64,000 nucleotides of DNA from an uncultured Planctomycetaceae bacterium (lineage in GTDB: Bacteria; Planctomycetota; Planctomycetia; Planctomycetales; Planctomycetaceae), in assembly GCA_963813715.1 (NCBI GenBank), contig CAWFAK010000005.1, forward strand, positions 288,001 through 352,000, read 5' to 3'. Under the pieces are notes generated by a model that saw only the letters and a list, made by a program, of their open reading frames with translations, had not been told where the DNA came from and did not search any database. Positions within the stretch are counted from its first letter, which is position 1, and the number at the start of each line of letters is the position of its first letter. This document shows, in pieces, positions 43,663 to 56,192 of this stretch. The position numbers and the translations under genes are program-made.

Positions 43663-44348
43663 CGGCCGCCGGACTTGAGCACGTTTTCCGCGATCTGAAC
43701 GGTCGCCTCGTCCATCCCCGCCATGTGCATTTGTCGCAGCGTCGCGTCAATGTCGTATTCGACGCGCCGCAACGACACCTGCCCGTTTTCGATGACCGCA
43801 TAAGCGCAGCGCGGATCTCCGTCGCGGGGCTGCCCCACGCTGCCTGGATTCACGATCTGGATGTTGCCGAGATCGATGTGAAACGGGATGTGCGTGTGCC
43901 CCACGCAGACGAAATCGGCGTTGACCGTTTCGACGCGCGCCCGCCAGGTTTCGGGATCCTCGAGCAAGTACTCGTCGAGCGGATCGCGGGGCGTGCCGTG
44001 CACCAGGTAGAGGGACTTGTCGTCCAGCACGATCCGCTTCGTCAGCGGTAGCCGAGCGAGGTATTTCACTCGGGACGGATTGAGCACCCGCCAATGAACG
44101 GGTCGGGTGGCCGCCGCCAAACCACGCAGGCCTGAGCCGCTCTTCGCCGGAATTCGCTGGGCGACCGCATGATCGTGATTGCCGCGGACCGCCGCCGCGG
44201 CGTGCGTGCGCACCCAGTCGATGCAGGGGAGGGGGTCGGTCGCGTAATCGACCAGATCGCCCAAAAACAAGCAAACGTCGTACGTTTCCTTGATCGCAGA
44301 AAGCGCCGCCCAGTTGGAATGGATGTCGGCCAGAAGCAGAATTTTCAT
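43635..44348 (-). CDS. Metallophosphoesterase (YfcE/MJ0936-like)
   Basis: DIHSN, GDLVD, GNHD, GHTH and NPGSVGQPRDG motifs. Confidence 0.93.
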   Translation of the reverse strand: MKILLLADIHSNWAALSAIKETYDVCLFLGDLVDYATDPLPCIDWVRTHAAAAVRGNHDHAVAQRIPAKSGSGLRGLAAATRPVHWRVLNPSRVKYLARLPLTKRIVLDDKSLYLVHGTPRDPLDEYLLEDPETWRARVETVNADFVCVGHTHIPFHIDLGNIQIVNPGSVGQPRDGDPRCAYAVIENGQVSLRRVEYDIDATLRQMHMAGMDEATVQIAENVLKSGGRVEPPGDPN

Positions 44349-44554
44349 CAGTCGTCGACCGTCATCCCGGATTCGCCCTCGTAGGAATCGTGAGCGCGTT
44401 TCAATTGATGGTAATCGTCCAGGGTCGCGGCCCAAAGTGCAACAACCGGTCGATCATCCACGGAGAAGAGTTCCCGGCAAATTCCCGTTGCGAATGGGCC
44501 GGCCCGCCTGGATACTGCTGCGGGGTAATTCGCGGCGACGTTCCTCTCCGGCAC
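44348..44554 (-). CDS. Possible small hypothetical protein
   Basis: 68-aa ORF whose TGA overlaps the next ATG (TGATG coupling); no family recognised. Confidence 0.3.
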   Translation of the reverse strand: MPERNVAANYPAAVSRRAGPFATGICRELFSVDDRPVVALWAATLDDYHQLKRAHDSYEGESGMTVDD

Positions 44555-44586
44555 TATGCCGCAACGGACCGATTGGGGGGCCTGAC

Positions 44587-46427
44587 ATGGTGGTCGGTGT
44601 TGCCGATTCTACGTCTGTCCGCGGGTGGGTTCGGAGACAGGCGTGGGGTGCGATCTGGCTGGTGCTGGTGCTCGGCTGCCCTTCGCGAGCCGCCCGGGCG
44701 GATGATCAAGTCGTCAGCGGTCCGCGCGGCTCGCTCACGGCGCGCCCCGCGGGCGAGAGGTTGCAAATCGTCGAGTGGATCGGTCCCGGCGCGACGGCCC
44801 TCGCCTGGCCCCAAATCGATCCGCACCGCTACTCGATCCTGTCGCTGCGCGGTGCCGACGGGACTTCCACAAGTCGGAATGGTTGCCGCACTCACGCCGA
44901 CCTGGGGTCTCAATCTCTGCGGCGTCCCGATCTCCGACGGAGACCTGGGATTTGTCGTCAAGCGTTGCCACAGCCTGGCCATCTTGACGCTGCGTCATCC
45001 GGCGACCCTGCCTGCCGATGAACTCGAAGACTTGAGCGTCGACGAACGGGCCGCTCTCAACGCGCGAACGCTTTCGGGCAATGGCCTGGCCCAGATCGAG
45101 CGGCTGAAGCGTTTGATGCTATTAGAAATCCGGGGCTACGAGTTACCTGCGACACGCCTACAGTTTCTCTCGGAACTCAAAGAGCTGCGATCTCTCAGCC
45201 TGACGGAAATGAACGTCACCGATGACGACCTGCCGGCGTTGAGCGGCTTGCCGCACTTGGCGCAACTGGACCTCTCGGGGACGGCTGTCACCGGCAAGGG
45301 ACTGCGCTTTCTGCGCGATTGCCCCGAGCTCAACTGCGTGACGTTGAATGGGTCGCCGGTGACCGATGAGCTGGTCAAGATTTTGCAGGAGCGTCCGCTA
45401 GCCAAGTTGCAGCAATTGCACGTGCATGGCTGCAAACTGACTCACCGAGGCATGGTTGACCTGCGGCACGCCGTTCCGCTCTTCGCGACGGTCGTCGCCG
45501 ACGATTACGGTCCGCTCCGGCTGACCTCGGTCGTTCCTCCGGGTCCGCGCGACGCCCAAACGATCCGTTCCTATCGCGCGGCCTGCGACCTCCTTTCGGC
45601 ACTCAACCTGGGTTCGATGAGCGTCGTCAATCAAACTGTCGTCGGATTGCGGATCGATCCGCGGGGCTGGGCACCGTCGGGCGACTGGGTGCTCTCCGGC
45701 CTGCCCGTGTTTCACGGGCTCAAAAGTCTCTGGTTAGCCGGTTGCCGAATCTCGGCCGACGGACTCGCTCAACTGCAGGAGCTCGACCAGCTGGAATATC
45801 TCGACCTGAGCAAGTCGACGGTCGACGACGCGGGAATCGAGGGGCTCGCCCGCCTCAATCGCTTGCGAGCGATCAACCTGAGCCAGACAAAGCTGACCGA
45901 CGCGGCAATGGAACCGTTGTCGCGCCTGCCGAATTTGGAGCGTCTCTATGTGGGCGGCACGAAGGTGACCGACCGCGCTCTGCGCCCTTCGATTTCAAGT
46001 GCATCTCAAGATTCTGGATCTGGCGGGCTGTCACATCACAGACGAAGGAGCCCAGTTCCTCGCCACCAACAAATCGCTCCAATACGTGCGCTTCGACAAC
46101 ACGCGGCTGACCGACCGCGGACTGCGGGCAATGGCCAACCTGCCGCAGTTGAAGGGGCTCAGCTGCGTCAACTGCCGCATTACGGACGATGGCGCCGAGA
46201 AGCTCTTGCGTGTCGAAAACCTCGCCTACTGCCGGCTGGACGGGACTTCGACCACGAAGATTTTTCGGCTGCAGCTCGACGATCACATTGCGGGCGTCCG
46301 CGCCAGCCTGCGGGCTCGGTTCCCTTGGCGTCAGCCGACGGGCCAATTGGCGGCGCCGTCGGCCGAAGGCGACTCTTCGGATCTCGACGATCCGGAATCG
46401 TCGACTCAAGCCCGGCCGGATCGCTGA
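44587..46427 (+). CDS. Exported leucine-rich-repeat protein; several indels
   Basis: Repeated LxxLxLxxTxVTDxG units in ORFs 44390-46687 and 45999-46427; signal-like N-terminus in a third frame. Confidence 0.8.
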
Positions 46428-46568
46428 TTCTTAGGCCGCAGGCGTCCGGTGCAAGCAAAAGAGCCCGGCGCTTTGCTAGAATGCTTCGGCCCACCGAGAA
46501 TCCGGCCTCGTTTCCCGCCAAGTCAACCAACTATCCCGCGACGAGGCCGTCCCGAATTGGCGCGCTCA

Positions 46569-48581
46569 ATGAACGGGATGCGATATTGCCGCTGGTTGGT
46601 TTGCGCGGTCGCGCTGGCGGCTGGTGCGCTCAGTGCCAACCTGATCCAACTGCTGAGTGCCGCCGAGCCTGTCAAAGACCCGTATGACCTGTCGCAGTAC
46701 GACCGCGTCATCGAGGCGGCTGATCGGGAACACTGGGCGTATCGGCCCATCGCGCGACCGCCCGTCCCCCAAGTAAAGCATCCCAAGTGGTGCTCCAATC
46801 CGATCGACTGTTTTATTCTCGCCCCGCTTGAGGCTGGTGGCTGGACACCCAATTCCGCGGCCGAACCGCGGGCCTTGATGCGGCGCGCTTATCTCGATGT
46901 GGTCGGCCTCCCGCCGAGCCTCGCGCAGCAACAGACATTTCTCTCCGACTCTTCGCCCGGCGCTTGGGCGCGCCTGGTCGATCGATTGCTCGACGATCCC
47001 GGATACGGAGAGCGGTGGGGCCGCCACTGGCTCGACCTCGTGCGTTATGCCGAGTCGAATGGCTACGAGCGCGACGCGGAGAAACCGAGCGTTTGGCGCT
47101 ATCGTGACTGGGTCATCGATTCGCTCAATGCCGACAAGCCATACAACCGTTTCGTGCTCGAGCAATTGGCCGGCGACGAACTGCCCGACGCGAACACAGA
47201 GACCATCATCGCGACGGGCTTTAATCGGCTTGGCCCGTGGGATGACGAACCGGCGGATCCGGCGGAGGATCGTTTCGACCAACTGGACGACCTGGTGCGA
47301 ACAACCTCGCAGGCGTTTCTTGGACTGACGTTGGGATGTGCGCGATGCCACAACCACAAGTTCGACGCGCTCACTGCACACGACTATTACCGGATGGTGG
47401 CCGTCTTCAGGCCGCTGCGACGGCCGCACAACGGACGGACAGACAGCGATTTGCCGGCCATCGCCCGGGCAATCGCGAAGTCCGGCCGTCGCGATGCGGC
47501 TCAGGCGTCGCTCGCAGGGCCGCACGGCTATTTTCTCTACGAGCCCTCAGATAAGCCGCCAGTCACTCACCTCCTGGTGCGCGGTCGGGCCAGTTCTCCG
47601 GGTCCGGTCGTGGAGGCTGGGGTACCGGCCGTGCTGGCTCCGCGACAACCGACCTTCGAGACCTCCGATGGGCGGACGAGCCGTCGCCGCATTTCGCTCG
47701 CGAAGTGGCTGGTTGACGAGCGCAATCCGCTCGTGGCCCGCGTGATCGTCAATCGCGTCTGGCAGCAACATTTCGGCCAGGGCCTCGTGCGGACGGCGAG
47801 CGACTTCGGCGTTCAAGGCTCACCGCCTTCGCATCCCGAGTTGCTCGATTGGCTGGCCAACTGGTTCGTGCACGACGCGCGCTGGTCGCTCAAGAAACTG
47901 CACCGGCTGATTCTTACGAGCAGCACGTACCGCATGAGCAAACAGTCGCGGCCCGACTACGCCGCCAAGGACCCCGAAAACGAGCGATTCTGGCGGTTTC
48001 CGTATCATCGGCTGGAGGTCGAGGCCATTCGCGACTCGATGTTGGTCGCGAGCGGGACGCTACGTCGCACGATGCACGGACCCAGCGTGCATCTGGCGAT
48101 TCCCAAGGAGGCGCTGGAGGCCAATAGCGACCCGCACACGATCTGGCCGGCCTTCAGTGAAGGTGAGGCGGCGCGGCGGACCGTCTACGCGTTCGTGAAG
48201 CGATCGCTGGTTGTGCCGATGCTCGAAGTCCTCGACTTATGCGACACGACCCGCAGCGCCGAACGCCGCAACATCACCAGCGTGCCGACGCAGGCCCTAA
48301 CGTTACTCAACGGCGACGAAGCCAATCGACAGGCGCGTCACCTTGCCGACCGTCTGCGTCGCGAAGCCGGCCCTGGCCGCGCGCGTCAGATCACGCGGGC
48401 CTTCGAGCTGGCGCTCTGTCGCGTTCCCTCGATTGATGAATCGCGAGACCTGCGCGCCTTTCTCGATCGAGAGGCGAAACGCATGTCGAAACAAGGCGAT
48501 GCCGACATTGCCGAGCGGCGCGCGCTCGAACTCGTCTGTCGAGCAATCTTCAATTTGAACGAGTTTGTCTATCCGGACTGA
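46569..48581 (+). CDS. DUF1549/DUF1553 (PSD1-type) protein
   Basis: HWAYRP, NPIDCFI, YGERWGRHWLDLVRYAES, CARCH, RVIVNRVWQQHFG and PSHPELLDWLA motifs. Confidence 0.93.
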   Translation: MNGMRYCRWLVCAVALAAGALSANLIQLLSAAEPVKDPYDLSQYDRVIEAADREHWAYRPIARPPVPQVKHPKWCSNPIDCFILAPLEAGGWTPNSAAEPRALMRRAYLDVVGLPPSLAQQQTFLSDSSPGAWARLVDRLLDDPGYGERWGRHWLDLVRYAESNGYERDAEKPSVWRYRDWVIDSLNADKPYNRFVLEQLAGDELPDANTETIIATGFNRLGPWDDEPADPAEDRFDQLDDLVRTTSQAFLGLTLGCARCHNHKFDALTAHDYYRMVAVFRPLRRPHNGRTDSDLPAIARAIAKSGRRDAAQASLAGPHGYFLYEPSDKPPVTHLLVRGRASSPGPVVEAGVPAVLAPRQPTFETSDGRTSRRRISLAKWLVDERNPLVARVIVNRVWQQHFGQGLVRTASDFGVQGSPPSHPELLDWLANWFVHDARWSLKKLHRLILTSSTYRMSKQSRPDYAAKDPENERFWRFPYHRLEVEAIRDSMLVASGTLRRTMHGPSVHLAIPKEALEANSDPHTIWPAFSEGEAARRTVYAFVKRSLVVPMLEVLDLCDTTRSAERRNITSVPTQALTLLNGDEANRQARHLADRLRREAGPGRARQITRAFELALCRVPSIDESRDLRAFLDREAKRMSKQGDADIAERRALELVCRAIFNLNEFVYPD

Positions 48582-48590
48582 TCGAGATCA

Positions 48591-50078
48591 ATGGACCGTC
48601 GCAGCGACCGATTCACGCCGAACATCACGCCGTGCCGACGCACTCGCCGCGAGTTCCTCTGGGAAGTCGGCGGCGGCTTCGCCGGCGTTGCCCTGATTGA
48701 CCTGCTCTCGCGAGACGGCTTTTTCGGCACGCGCGCCGTCGCGGAAACGTCGCAACCTGGCGGTGACGCCTTCGCGACCGCCAAACCACCGCACCTGGCA
48801 GGGAAGGCCAAGCATTGCATCTTCCTGTTCATGAACGGTGCACCGAGCCAGGTCGACACGTTCGATCCCAAGCCGGCCCTCGCCAGGTTCGACGGCACGT
48901 CTTATAGCGGGCCCCTCAAGGTCGGCTCAAACGGGCGGCCGATCGGCTACCTGATGAAGTCGCCGTTCGAGTTCCGCCGCCACGGCCAAAGCGGCCTGCC
49001 GATCAGCAGTCTGTTTTCGTACACCGCCAAGCATGCGGACGACTTGTGCGTGTTGCGGGCGATGTACACCGACACGGCGGCCCACGCGTCGGGCTGTCTG
49101 CAGATGAATACCGGAAGCGTCCTCATCGGCAAGCCGAGTCTCGGCGCCTGGTTGAGTTATGGGTTGGGCACGCTCAACGACAGCCTGCCCAGCTTCGTGG
49201 TGATGACCGATCCGCGGGGCGGGCCAATCGGCAGTGCGTCGAACTGGTCGTCCGGCTACATGCCCGCAACTTATCAAGGGACGCTTTTTCGCAGCGGCGG
49301 CTCGCCTCTGCTCGATCTGGCGACGCCGCCGGGCATCAGCGATCGCTCGCAGCGAGAGTCGATCGATCTCATCAATCGGCTCAACCAGCGGCACCGATCT
49401 GCACGCGGCGGCGAGTCTGAGCTGGCCGCCCGCATTCAGAGCTATGAGCTGGCCTATAAGATGCAGACCTCGGCGGGCGAAGTGGTCGACTTCGATCGCG
49501 AGTCGCCCGAAACCCGCGCACTCTACGGCCTCGATCACAAGATCACGCGCAGCTTCGGTCGCAAATGCCTGATCGCCCGCCGGTTGATCGAGCGGGGCGT
49601 GCGGTTCGTGCAACTGTATTCCGGCGGCGGCCACATCGAAGACACGTGGGACGGCCACACCGACTGCATCACGAACCACAAGCTGCACGCGGGTGAGACC
49701 GACCAGCCAATCGCCGGCCTGATCGCCGATCTCAAACAGCGCGGCCTGTGGGACGACACGCTCATCGTCTGGGGCGGCGAGTTCGGACGCACGCCCACCA
49801 GCGAAGGAGTCGGCAAGCCGGGCCGCGATCACAACTGGCACGGTTTTTCGATGTGGCTGGCCGGCGGTCCCGTGAAGGGGGGCCAGGCGATCGGCGCGAC
49901 CGACGAGCTCGGCTTCGGCGGCGTTGAGGATCGCACGCACGTCAGCGACCTGCACGCCACCATCCTGCACCTGATGGGGCTCGATTACTCGCGGCTGACC
50001 TACTTCTACAACGGCCTCGATCAAACGCTGATCGGCACCGAGCGCAAGGCCAAGCTGATCGAAAAGGCGCTTGCGTAA
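48591..50078 (+). CDS. DUF1501-family protein, Tat-like signal
   Basis: TRREFL, IFLFMNGAPSQVDTFDPKP, RGVRFVQ, WDGH, GEFGRTP and GRDHN motifs. Confidence 0.93.
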   Translation: MDRRSDRFTPNITPCRRTRREFLWEVGGGFAGVALIDLLSRDGFFGTRAVAETSQPGGDAFATAKPPHLAGKAKHCIFLFMNGAPSQVDTFDPKPALARFDGTSYSGPLKVGSNGRPIGYLMKSPFEFRRHGQSGLPISSLFSYTAKHADDLCVLRAMYTDTAAHASGCLQMNTGSVLIGKPSLGAWLSYGLGTLNDSLPSFVVMTDPRGGPIGSASNWSSGYMPATYQGTLFRSGGSPLLDLATPPGISDRSQRESIDLINRLNQRHRSARGGESELAARIQSYELAYKMQTSAGEVVDFDRESPETRALYGLDHKITRSFGRKCLIARRLIERGVRFVQLYSGGGHIEDTWDGHTDCITNHKLHAGETDQPIAGLIADLKQRGLWDDTLIVWGGEFGRTPTSEGVGKPGRDHNWHGFSMWLAGGPVKGGQAIGATDELGFGGVEDRTHVSDLHATILHLMGLDYSRLTYFYNGLDQTLIGTERKAKLIEKALA

Positions 50079-50101
50079 TTGACGGTCGCCGCGGCAAGGG
50101 A

Positions 50102-53100
50102 TCAGACCGATGCGTCAATCAAGGTCGAACCGGCCGAGCGATCAACGGGCTGGCCGAAGGCCGTGCAGATTGATTCGACCAGTTCACTATCGGCCGGTCG
50201 CGAAAACCACGTGATTTCGTCCGCCTTGAGTGCCGCCATTGGCACGCCGTCGAGATACGCGACGCGGTTCGAGGCAAAACTCGGCACGCGCGGGTGGTCC
50301 GTCACGATTCCGACGAGATTCAGCGGATCGGCCCCGGACACCACCGTCAACTGCCGCGGAGCCTCTTTGTCGCGGAGGGCTCGCAGCTGGCCCACCGTGT
50401 CGGCTGTGGCGAATTGCTCGCCCGCCACGCCGGCAATGAAGCGGCCGCCGCGAATTTCGCCGCGCGCCTCGAGTCGGCGATAGATCTGCAGCAGTTCGTA
50501 CCAGCGCGGGGCACCCGACTCGCGGACGAGTAGATCACGGAACACGACGCCCCACCGTCGCAGCAACTGCCAGGCCCATTGTTCGACAACGTGCTCATGA
50601 GCGGCCCGTTCCTCGGCAGTCGATTCGGAGACTGGCGGGGTCGGCCGCCAGAGCGACCAGCGTCCCGCACCGCCCCCCATCCGATTGCGGAAAAGCCCGG
50701 GGCGTCGACGATGTCTCGGGGCCGAGCGTGTCGAATGGTTCCGCTGGCTGACCAGTTGTCGCAGCCCGCTGAATCCGTCGGCTGTGAGCAAGCCGCGCGT
50801 AACCAGTTCTCCCAACACGTCTTCGATCTGGGCCGGCAGCATCTGAGTCAGCCGGGCCAGGTCGGCAGCGAACATGGCCCCTTGGGCCGTGAGCAATTCG
50901 AGAACCTGCTGGGCCGGACTGCTGAGCTGGTCGGCGGACGTCTCGGGCGGACGCGTCGCCGCGAGCCAATCGAGATCCGTTCTCAAGTAGATCGAAATCG
51001 GCGCGATGCGCGTGATGGATGCCATCGGCCGGCTGCGATCAACATTGAGCGGCGTCGGATAAAGTCGCCCCCAGCCGACGTCTCCCGTCAGGCACAGCTC
51101 GTCGAGCCACTGCGGCTGATACGCGGCAACGCGGCTCGGCAATAGGTCGCGCTCCCAAGCGACCGTCGGGCGCGTCGATCCCCTGCAGCATCGTGATCAC
51201 GTCGAAGAGGCCGTTGCGCACCGATTTCCGGGTGTTGGGCAACAGGCCGTGGTGACCGGCGAGGAACCGCCAATAGGTCGCAACGCCGATGGGCTCGATC
51301 TGCTTGCGCAGGCCGTCGATCGTCAGCCGATGGATGCGTGCCAAGAGTCGGCGGTGGCACCATTCGATTTCCGCTCCGGCGACCGCGTCGCTGGTTCCAC
51401 TAAAGTCTTCTGGCGTTTCACTCGGTGTGAACCGCCCACGCAGCACGACTCCTTCGCCTTCGAGCGCCTGCAGTGTCGCGTCCGCCTGGCTCGGCGTGAT
51501 CGACAGTCGTTGAGCGACCTTGGTTGCCGTCGTCGGTCCGCAGGTTTCCATCAAACCACGGACCATCGCGATGCGAGCGTCGACCGACGTCCAATCGTGT
51601 CGCACGGTCGTGGGTGCCTCGATGGGGGGCTCGAGCGGTGCGTCCGGAAAAATGGTCCGCACAGCCGGCAAACGTTCCGCCGGAACCCAAGCCGCCCGCC
51701 CGTCGGACAGTGTCAGCTGGGCCGCTCGTTTGTCGGCCGCCAGTTCCTCGAAGAAGGATTGCCACTCACTCGCCTCATCGACGGGTAACAAAATACGGCT
51801 GAGAAGCAGGTCGTGCAGCTCGTCCGCGTCGCGCACGAGCGGCTGCGATTCGCGGACGACTTGTTCGATCGCACCGGCATCGAGCCTCCCCAGATCGCGG
51901 ACGGCTTCGATCGACATCACGCGTGGAGTCGAGACAGCCCTCGCCCGGCGCTCCTGAATTTCACCTCCATCCAGGAACGCGTAGGGGTTCGCATTGAGCA
52001 ACTCGGCGGCGAACGGCGACGGCTCGCGCGTGTCGCGGGCAACGTAGGTGATTTCGCCTCGCTCAACCTGCCGCAGGATTTCGGTGAGACCGTCGATATC
52101 GAGCGGCTCGTGCAGGCAGTCTTCCATCGTCTGTCGGGCCAGCGGATGGTCAGGCAACTCGATCTCGCCCGCCGTATGTTCCTGGCATCCGGTGAGCCGC
52201 GGGAAAACGGCCGAAAGCAAGTCGTCAGCCCGAAATCGCTGTAACGCAGGGGGAACTTTGCGCGAACCACGTCGCCGCAACACCTGTAACGCCCGCGTGA
52301 CGTTCCAGCGCCAGCGGACCTGGAACATCGGAATTCGCAGCACGGCCTGTTGGAGCAGTTCGCGCAGATTGTCGGGCTTCACAACGGGAAACAGGCTTTC
52401 GATCGGAAAGCTATGCTGCGGGCCAATCGACAGCATGTAGCCGTCGTCGTCCGCGGTCGCCTGTAACTCAAAATCGAACGCGCGGCAGAAGCATTTCCGC
52501 ATGGCGAAGCCCCACGCGCGGTTCACCGCACCCCCAAAGGGAGCGTGCACGACGAGCTGCATGCCGCCCGTCTCGTCGAAAAACCGCTCGAAGACGACGC
52601 GACGACAGGTCGGCAGCAGTCCGAGTGCCGCCTTCTGGGCGGCCGCGTAGGCGACAATCTGACGGGCCGCCTCTTCCGAGCAACCGGTCTCGGCGATCAC
52701 CGAACGTTCGGCCTCGGCCGGATCGTTCAGCCGCGGCTCGAGATCTTCGCGAAACCGCGAGACCTCCCAGGAAAGTTCCAGCGTACGGCCAGGTGCCTCG
52801 CCAAGCCAAAACGGAATGGTGGGCGGGGCACCGCGCGCGTCGGTCACGTGCACCTCTCCGCCGCGGACGTGCAGAATCTGCCACGACGTATTGCCCAGCA
52901 GGAACACGTCGCCCCGCATGCTCTCGACGGCGAAGTCTTCGTCCAGGGTGCCGACGACCGTTTCGTCCGGTTCCGCGATCACTCGATACGAGCCGATGTC
53001 GGGAATCGCTCCGGCGTTGGCGATCGCGGCCAGACGTGCCCCCTTGCGAGCCTTGATCCGCTTGCCGACGTGGTCGTGGTGGAGATACACGCGTCCCCGG

Positions 53101-54508
53101 CCGGTCTCGCGTGCGATGCCTTCTGACAGATATTCGATCGTGCGATCAAAATCGTTGCGGGCCAGATTCCGATAAGGATCCGCTCGGCGTACGAGCGCAA
53201 ACAAATCGTCGACGTTCCAGTCCTGCGCGGCCGCCTCGGCAACGATCTGCTGGGCGAGCACGTCGAGCGGCGCCTGCGGAATGGCGATGCTGTCCAGCAT
53301 GCCGCTGCGGACCGCCCGCAGGAGTCCCAGCGATTCGCCCAACTCATCGCGAGTGAGCGCAAACAGACGGCCCTTGGGCGTGAGGCCGAGCGAGTGTCCG
53401 GACCGGCCAATTCGCTGCAGAAATGTGGCGATCGAACGCGGCGAGCCGATCTGCACAACGAGGTCGATGTAGCCGATGTCGATGCCCAGTTCGAGCGACG
53501 CGGTTGCCACCACGGCCTTGAGTTCGCCCGATTTCAGCTTGCGCTCGGTCTGCAATCGCTTGTCCGCGGCGACCGAGCCGTGATGCGTTTCGATCTGTCC
53601 CTCGCCGAGTTTTTCGGCCAACTGATGCGTGAGCCGTTCGGCCAGCCGCCGCGTGTTGACGAAGATCAGCGTCGTGCGGTGCTCGTGGATCAGCTCGACG
53701 AGTCGTTCGTGAATTTCGGCCCACTGCTCGTGCATGCAGACGGCGCTCAGCTCGGTTCGCGGCAACTCGATCGCCAGGTCGAGAGTGCGCGTGTGGCCGA
53801 CGTCGAGAATGCAGCACGGCGGAGTCGATTGAGCCATGGCCGAGTCCGCGTTTCCCGCTCCCACCAGGAAGCCGGCCGTACGCTCGATCGGCTTTTGCGT
53901 CGCCGAAAGGCCAATCCGTTGCAATGGCCGCCCGACGAGTGACTCAAGTCGTTCAATCGTGAGCGAAAGATGCGAGCCCCGTTTGTTGCCGACCATCGCG
54001 TGGATTTCGTCGACAATCACGGTGTCGACGTTTTTGAGCGTCTCGCGACTGCGGGCGGCCGTCAGCATTAAATAGAGCGATTCGGGAGTCGTCACCAGAA
54101 TCTGCGGCGGCCGGCGGACTAGCCTCGCCCGTTGAGACGCCGTGGTGTCGCCGGTGCGGAGCCCGGCCCGAATTCCCGCGCGGGGTAGCCCAAGACCATC
54201 GCCTGAGCTTCGATTTCCGCCAGGGGAACCTCGAGGTTGCGGTGCATGTCATTGGAGAGTGCCCGCAACGGCGAGACGTAAACGACGCGGACCCCCTCTT
54301 CCAGTTCGCCCGCCAAAGACCGTTTGAGCAAGCGATCGATACACGCTAAGAAGGCGGCCAGCGTTTTGCCGCTGCCGGTTGGGGCTGCGATCAGCGTGTG
54401 CTCGCCCGAAGCGATGGCCGGCCAGCCCGCAGTTTGGGCGTCCGTCGGCCCGGCGAATCGGGAATCAAACCAGGTCTCGATAATCGGATGAAAGCCGAAG
54501 GACTGCAT
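50102..54508 (-). CDS. lhr: Lhr-like DEAD/DEAH-box helicase; indels near 54175 and 51165
   Basis: APTGSGKT, TTPESL, DEIH, GLSAT, SLELGIDIG and QRIGRSGH; C-terminal RGGRFIAG...GEQFA. Confidence 0.9.
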
Positions 54509-54641
54509 GGATCCCCGTCGGTCTGGAGTCGTCAGCAAGTGGGGGGACGGATGTCTCGAATCACCAATTGTAGAGGCCGGGGCAGTCGAAATCCGCACCC
54601 GACGGGATTCCCGCCCGCCCCTCGACGATTTCCGACGTGTT

Positions 54642-54682
54642 TGACAGACTGAATGCTGGGTCTCTGACAGGCTGAATGCTGG
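54642..54682. repeat. 18-bp direct repeat, two copies, in a divergent promoter region
   Basis: TGACAGACTGAATGCTGG (54642-54659) and TGACAGGCTGAATGCTGG (54665-54682). Confidence 0.85.
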
Positions 54683-54707
54683 CCGACTGCTCCCCTCTTG
54701 GTTTTCT

Positions 54708-56192
54708 ATGACTTTGCCGGCTCACGAGGTTCGTTGCCGTCCCGAGGATTTGGGCAAACCGATTCCGGATAGCCGTCACGCGGCCTCGGTCTGCCTGCCG
54801 ACCTGGGCGGACAATCTGGGCTATGAGCGAGGCGAGGAGCGAGTCGTCGGCCGCATGCAAAGCGGTTATCCGCGGTTCTTTCTGCATCCCGCCGTGCGCG
54901 ACCTCCAGCGCGCGTGCGAGGAACGGTTCGCCGGGCCCGCCGAATGTTGTTTTGTCTTCCCGTCGCGCCGGGTGGCGGAGCGCTGCGCAATTTGTCCGTG
55001 CCCAAAAGGGAGTTGTCGCTCGCGTTCATCCGCTCGATGACGAGTCGGCGTTTTGCGTCTGCGCGAACGTCGCGGCTCGGGATGACTTGAAAGCCTATTG
55101 GCAGCACACGGGGCAAATTGTGTCGTCGCGGGTCGCGGAACGCATCCTGGCCGGGCGGCCCCCCACCAGCGACGGCGCTGAAGAAAAAGCCGCGATCCGC
55201 GAACGCATCGCCGGGCTGATGAACGTGACAGCCGGCCGACGTGTGGCTGTTTCCCTCCGGCATGGCCGCCATCGAGACAGCCTTTCGCGTCTTTCAGCGG
55301 CTGCGTCCGGACGCCAAGAGCGTGCAGTTCGGCTTCCCGTACGTCGACTCGCTAAAGGTCCAGCAACGCTGCGGCGTCGGCGTTCACTTCTTGCCTCGCG
55401 GTGATCAGGCCCAGTTGGCCGAGCTGGCAGCAATCGCCACGAAAGAGCCGCTGCTGGGACTCTTCTGCGAGTTTCCGGGGAACCCGCTCCTCGCCAGCCC
55501 CGACCTCAGAGCGGATCAACGCGCTCGCCGACAAACACGACTTTCCCGTGCTCATCGACGACACGCTCGGCGCGTTGGTGAACGTCGACGTTTTGCCGGC
55601 CGCCGCCGTCGTCACCTGCAGCCTGACGAAGTTCTTTTCTGGCGCCGGCGACGTGATCGCGGGCTCGCTGGTGCTCAATTCCCGTCGTCCCGGGGCCGAC
55701 CGATTGCGGGCCGCGATTGCCGCAGAGTACGAAGACTTGCTCGACGCGGAGGACGCGGCCGTGCTCGAGCGAAATTCGCGCGATTGCGTCGAGCGGGTCC
55801 GCTGGATCAATCAGACGGCCGAACAACTGTGCGACTGCCTGCGCAGCCACCCGCTGGTCGAACGGATCGACTATCCCAAGTATCGCGACCAGGAGAGCTA
55901 CAGCGCCTTCCTCCGTCCTGGGGGCGGCTTTGGCGGCTTGTTTTCCCTCCTGCTGAAAGATGCCGAGCGGACGGCCCCCCGCTTCTTCGACGCCCTCGCC
56001 ATCAACAAGGGCCCCAACTTGGGGACCAATTTTTCGCTCTGCTGCCCCTATACGATCCTGGCCCACTTCAACGAGCTCGATTTCGTGGAGCGGTGTGGGA
56101 TCTCACGATACCTCGTCCGCGTGTCGGTCGGGCTGGAAGACCCCGCGTGGCTGATTGGCTGCTTTCGTGATGCCTTGGAACAGGCTGGCTAA
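54708..56192 (+). CDS. PLP-dependent trans-sulfuration enzyme (cystathionine gamma-synthase-like); three indels
   Basis: SVCLPTW...GYPRFF, FPSGMAAI, GFPYVDSLK, EFPGNPLL, SLTKFFSG and RVSVGLE across frames. Confidence 0.85.

Noticed and set aside
54560..54707. SAM riboswitch upstream of the methionine-pathway gene
   Set aside because: No SAM-I core (ATC-AGAG...GCAACC...GTGC) or other recognisable aptamer.
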